64,000 nt of DNA from Lytechinus pictus (taxonomy: Eukaryota), in the NCBI RefSeq assembly GCF_037042905.1, contig NC_087251.1, forward strand, positions 19,656,001 to 19,720,000, given 5' to 3'. Each line of letters opens with the position of its first letter. Within the stretch, counting starts at the first letter, position 1. This document shows positions 63,871-64,000 of this stretch, piece after piece. The notes below the pieces were generated by a model. That model was not told the DNA's origin. It saw nothing but the letters and a program-made list of their open reading frames with translations, and did no database searches. The position numbers and the translations under genes were made by a program.

Positions 63871-64000
63871 CGCTCCAATTTATAAACATTTTTCCCGAAG
63901 GCAGCGCTGATTCACCGACGACGGTCCATGCCACAGAGACCGACGAAGATGAAAGAGAAAAAAATATCGAGCTGTCCAATAAACAAACTCATTTTGCATA

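Noticed and set aside
63388..63979. Longest ORFs in the track (165 aa and 107 aa)
   Set aside because: They arise from a MITE end plus a pyrimidine low-complexity tract, with no domain signal.

Overview
AT-rich, repeat-dense eukaryotic (metazoan) genomic DNA with no prokaryotic features: no operons, rRNA or CRISPR. The repeat families and tRNA-derived SINEs resemble those I associate with sea urchin (echinoid) genomes, which is an inference and was not verified. The only protein-coding gene I can support is on the + strand: five phase-compatible exons (49396-58306) encoding a Cys-containing N-terminal segment, one EGF-like domain and a divergent LDL-receptor class B (YWTD-like) beta-propeller. 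Its 3' end is not found in the window and its 5' end looks damaged. Most of 22-64 kb is non-autonomous DNA transposons (hAT-, Kolobok-, piggyBac-, Tc1/mariner-, Harbinger-, EnSpm-, Academ- and Crypton-like), three SINEs, two decayed CR1/L2-group LINE fragments and microsatellites. It also holds a ~5 kb tandem duplication (35.6-46.2 kb) whose two copies carry different insertions. By contrast, 5.2-19.2 kb is transposon-poor non-coding DNA that looks like a cis-regulatory landscape. Almost all short ORFs in the supplied track are spurious. I found no convincing wholly new biological system; the best leads are listed under findings.
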